This document shows positions 62,420 through 64,000 of a stretch of DNA of 64,000 nt, one piece after another. The notes below the pieces were generated by a model. It worked only from the letters and a program-made list of their open reading frames with translations. It ran no database searches and was not told the DNA's origin. A program made the position numbers and the translations under genes. The stretch lies in the NCBI GenBank assembly GCA_965649765.1, contig OZ287753.1, positions 7,502,001 to 7,566,000 of the forward strand, read 5' to 3'. Numbering within the stretch: the stretch's first letter is position 1; each line of letters opens with the position of its first letter. This stretch comes from Bispira polyomma (lineage: Eukaryota).

Positions 62420-63973
62420 TTATATTGTGTTATCCAGTATTAAGTGTTGGTCCGTGACAGGACACCACTGCACTGCACCTAGAAGTGTATGTAATGTAGC
62501 ATGGTTCTGTGTGGAATTTTTCCATCTAGACAGCAAGTCTGCAGTCGTGTTGTGTTCACCTAATATGTGTATAACTTGTAAGTCAATATCATGCTGGCTA
62601 GCCAGCATAAAGATATTACGTGAGTACAAAGCCAGTATACTGTCCCTGGTACGACCATTGGTAAGTACACTAACTACAGCCTGGTTGTCACATTTAATGA
62701 GGACTTTTTGGCCTTGCCAAAGGATACCCCACAGTTTTAAGGCAACGACTATGTTCAGCATCTCCAGGGAGGCAATATTCAGGCTTTGCAATTCATGAGG
62801 TACAGTTAAGGTGTATACTTTATTACCAAAAACCCCCCCCATGCCTGTGAGACAAGCATCCAATTCTACAGTGGCCGTAATGGGGTTATGGTGGAAAAAG
62901 GAGACACCATTGAATTTTTTCAGAAAGGTACGAAACCAATTTAAATCTTTCATGAATTCAGTAGAAATTTTGAACTGTTGTACCTTATAATTACTCCTCA
63001 AGAGATGCAACATGCGATTCAAGAAAAACCTTGAATATTTAACACATTTTGAGACGTAAAGGAGGGAACCCAATAAACACTGGAGTTCTCTCCTCGTACA
63101 ATGTTTCTTCCCAGCCCACTTATCACACAAGGCTTGGATAGTAATTAATTTTTCCACAGGTATAGAAGTAGTGAAATCGACCGTATCTATGACTATACCA
63201 AGACAAGTGACCCGCGTGGCAGGAGGGACTAACTTTTTGTCACTCAGGGTGAGACCCAGTTCAGCCAGAAGCCCCTGCAATCGCTGGTATGTGGTATATA
63301 TGTTAGATGGAACTGAACAACAAAGGAGATCGTCGATGTAGTTGATAATATGGTGACCTTCACCTTTCATGATATACCTGATGCCGTCCGAGATTCTCTG
63401 GAATATGGCCGAGCCGTGCTTGTAGCCGAAGGGGAGGGACCCGTCTACGTAGTACCCATCCCAATATAACTCCAGTAAATTTAGCTCTCTTGGGTCCATA
63501 GGGACATGTCGGAACGCCCGACTGATGTCTGCTTTAAATATGAGTGAACTTCTACCCATAGCAAGTACCTGAGCTGTTATAGTGTCTATGGACGGGTAGG
63601 TTAACAAGAATTGTTTGTCCAGATAAGAATTTGGACACACCGCCGAATTTACTGAGCGGCCTTCAGGCCAGCTTAAGTCAATTATAACACGACGGTTGGA
63701 GGAGCTAGACTTGTCGCGAGTCATGAAAGGGGAAGTATGTAAATTTAAGATTGGTGGCACATCAAAGGGACCATACATGGCCCCTAATTTACACTCTTCC
63801 TTTAAATAATGTGTAACATGGTCAGGGTACTGATTAGCAGAGGAATGATTTTTAAGTTCCGACTCAAAGTCGCCCCTGGCCTTACAGTCAAGAGGAAAGC
63901 CGTACTTAATCAGCAAGGGGAGCTCCCAATCCCAGTAATCCCCCAAATAAGCCGCCCACACTGGAGCATTCAA
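62420..63973 (-). CDS. DIRS-type reverse transcriptase + RNase H
   Basis: RRVIIDLS, KADISRAFRH, LPFG, YIDD, LDAC...LEMLN...CDNQAVV...ADLLSR. Confidence 0.92.
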   Translation of the reverse strand: MNAPVWAAYLGDYWDWELPLLIKYGFPLDCKARGDFESELKNHSSANQYPDHVTHYLKEECKLGAMYGPFDVPPILNLHTSPFMTRDKSSSSNRRVIIDLSWPEGRSVNSAVCPNSYLDKQFLLTYPSIDTITAQVLAMGRSSLIFKADISRAFRHVPMDPRELNLLELYWDGYYVDGSLPFGYKHGSAIFQRISDGIRYIMKGEGHHIINYIDDLLCCSVPSNIYTTYQRLQGLLAELGLTLSDKKLVPPATRVTCLGIVIDTVDFTTSIPVEKLITIQALCDKWAGKKHCTRRELQCLLGSLLYVSKCVKYSRFFLNRMLHLLRSNYKVQQFKISTEFMKDLNWFRTFLKKFNGVSFFHHNPITATVELDACLTGMGGVFGNKVYTLTVPHELQSLNIASLEMLNIVVALKLWGILWQGQKVLIKCDNQAVVSVLTNGRTRDSILALYSRNIFMLASQHDIDLQVIHILGEHNTTADLLSRWKNSTQNHATLHTLLGAVQWCPVTDQHLILDNTI

Positions 63974-64000
63974 TTGAGAGGCGACAGGGATCTGCAGCCC

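Larger units (their letters stand above)
60611..64000 (-). mobile_element. Tyrosine-recombinase retrotransposon (DIRS order; Ngaro/PAT-like), 5' part beyond right edge; 3' boundary approximate
   Basis: RT-RNase H ORF followed by YR ORF; no DDE integrase or methyltransferase seen. Confidence 0.88.

Overview
AT-rich, repeat-dense genomic DNA from an invertebrate animal; it is not prokaryotic. The left half (1-31.8 kb) holds a spliced minus-strand gene that I rebuilt exon by exon from GT-AG phase-1 junctions: signal peptide (ATG at 31775), a 27-nt microexon, two fibronectin type II (FN2) exons, then at least 17 calcium-binding EGF exons, continuing past the left edge. The last 11 EGF exons lie in a near-identical ~790-bp exon+intron tandem array with higher-order structure, interrupted by a Gmr1-like Gypsy LTR fragment. 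Three consecutive exons have each seeded a minisatellite made of their own 3' end plus splice donor. Directly upstream (32-53 kb) is a transposon nest: a long-TIR foldback-like element inserted into a relative of itself, Harbinger/PIF copies, L2/CR1-group LINEs and MITEs. A further LINE in the large intron of the gene (~20.5-23.7 kb) has a 2A-like motif. The right end has a frameshifted F-type lectin (fucolectin) gene fragment, tRNA-derived SINEs and a DIRS/Ngaro-type tyrosine-recombinase retrotransposon. All calls come from manual reading; no database search was run.
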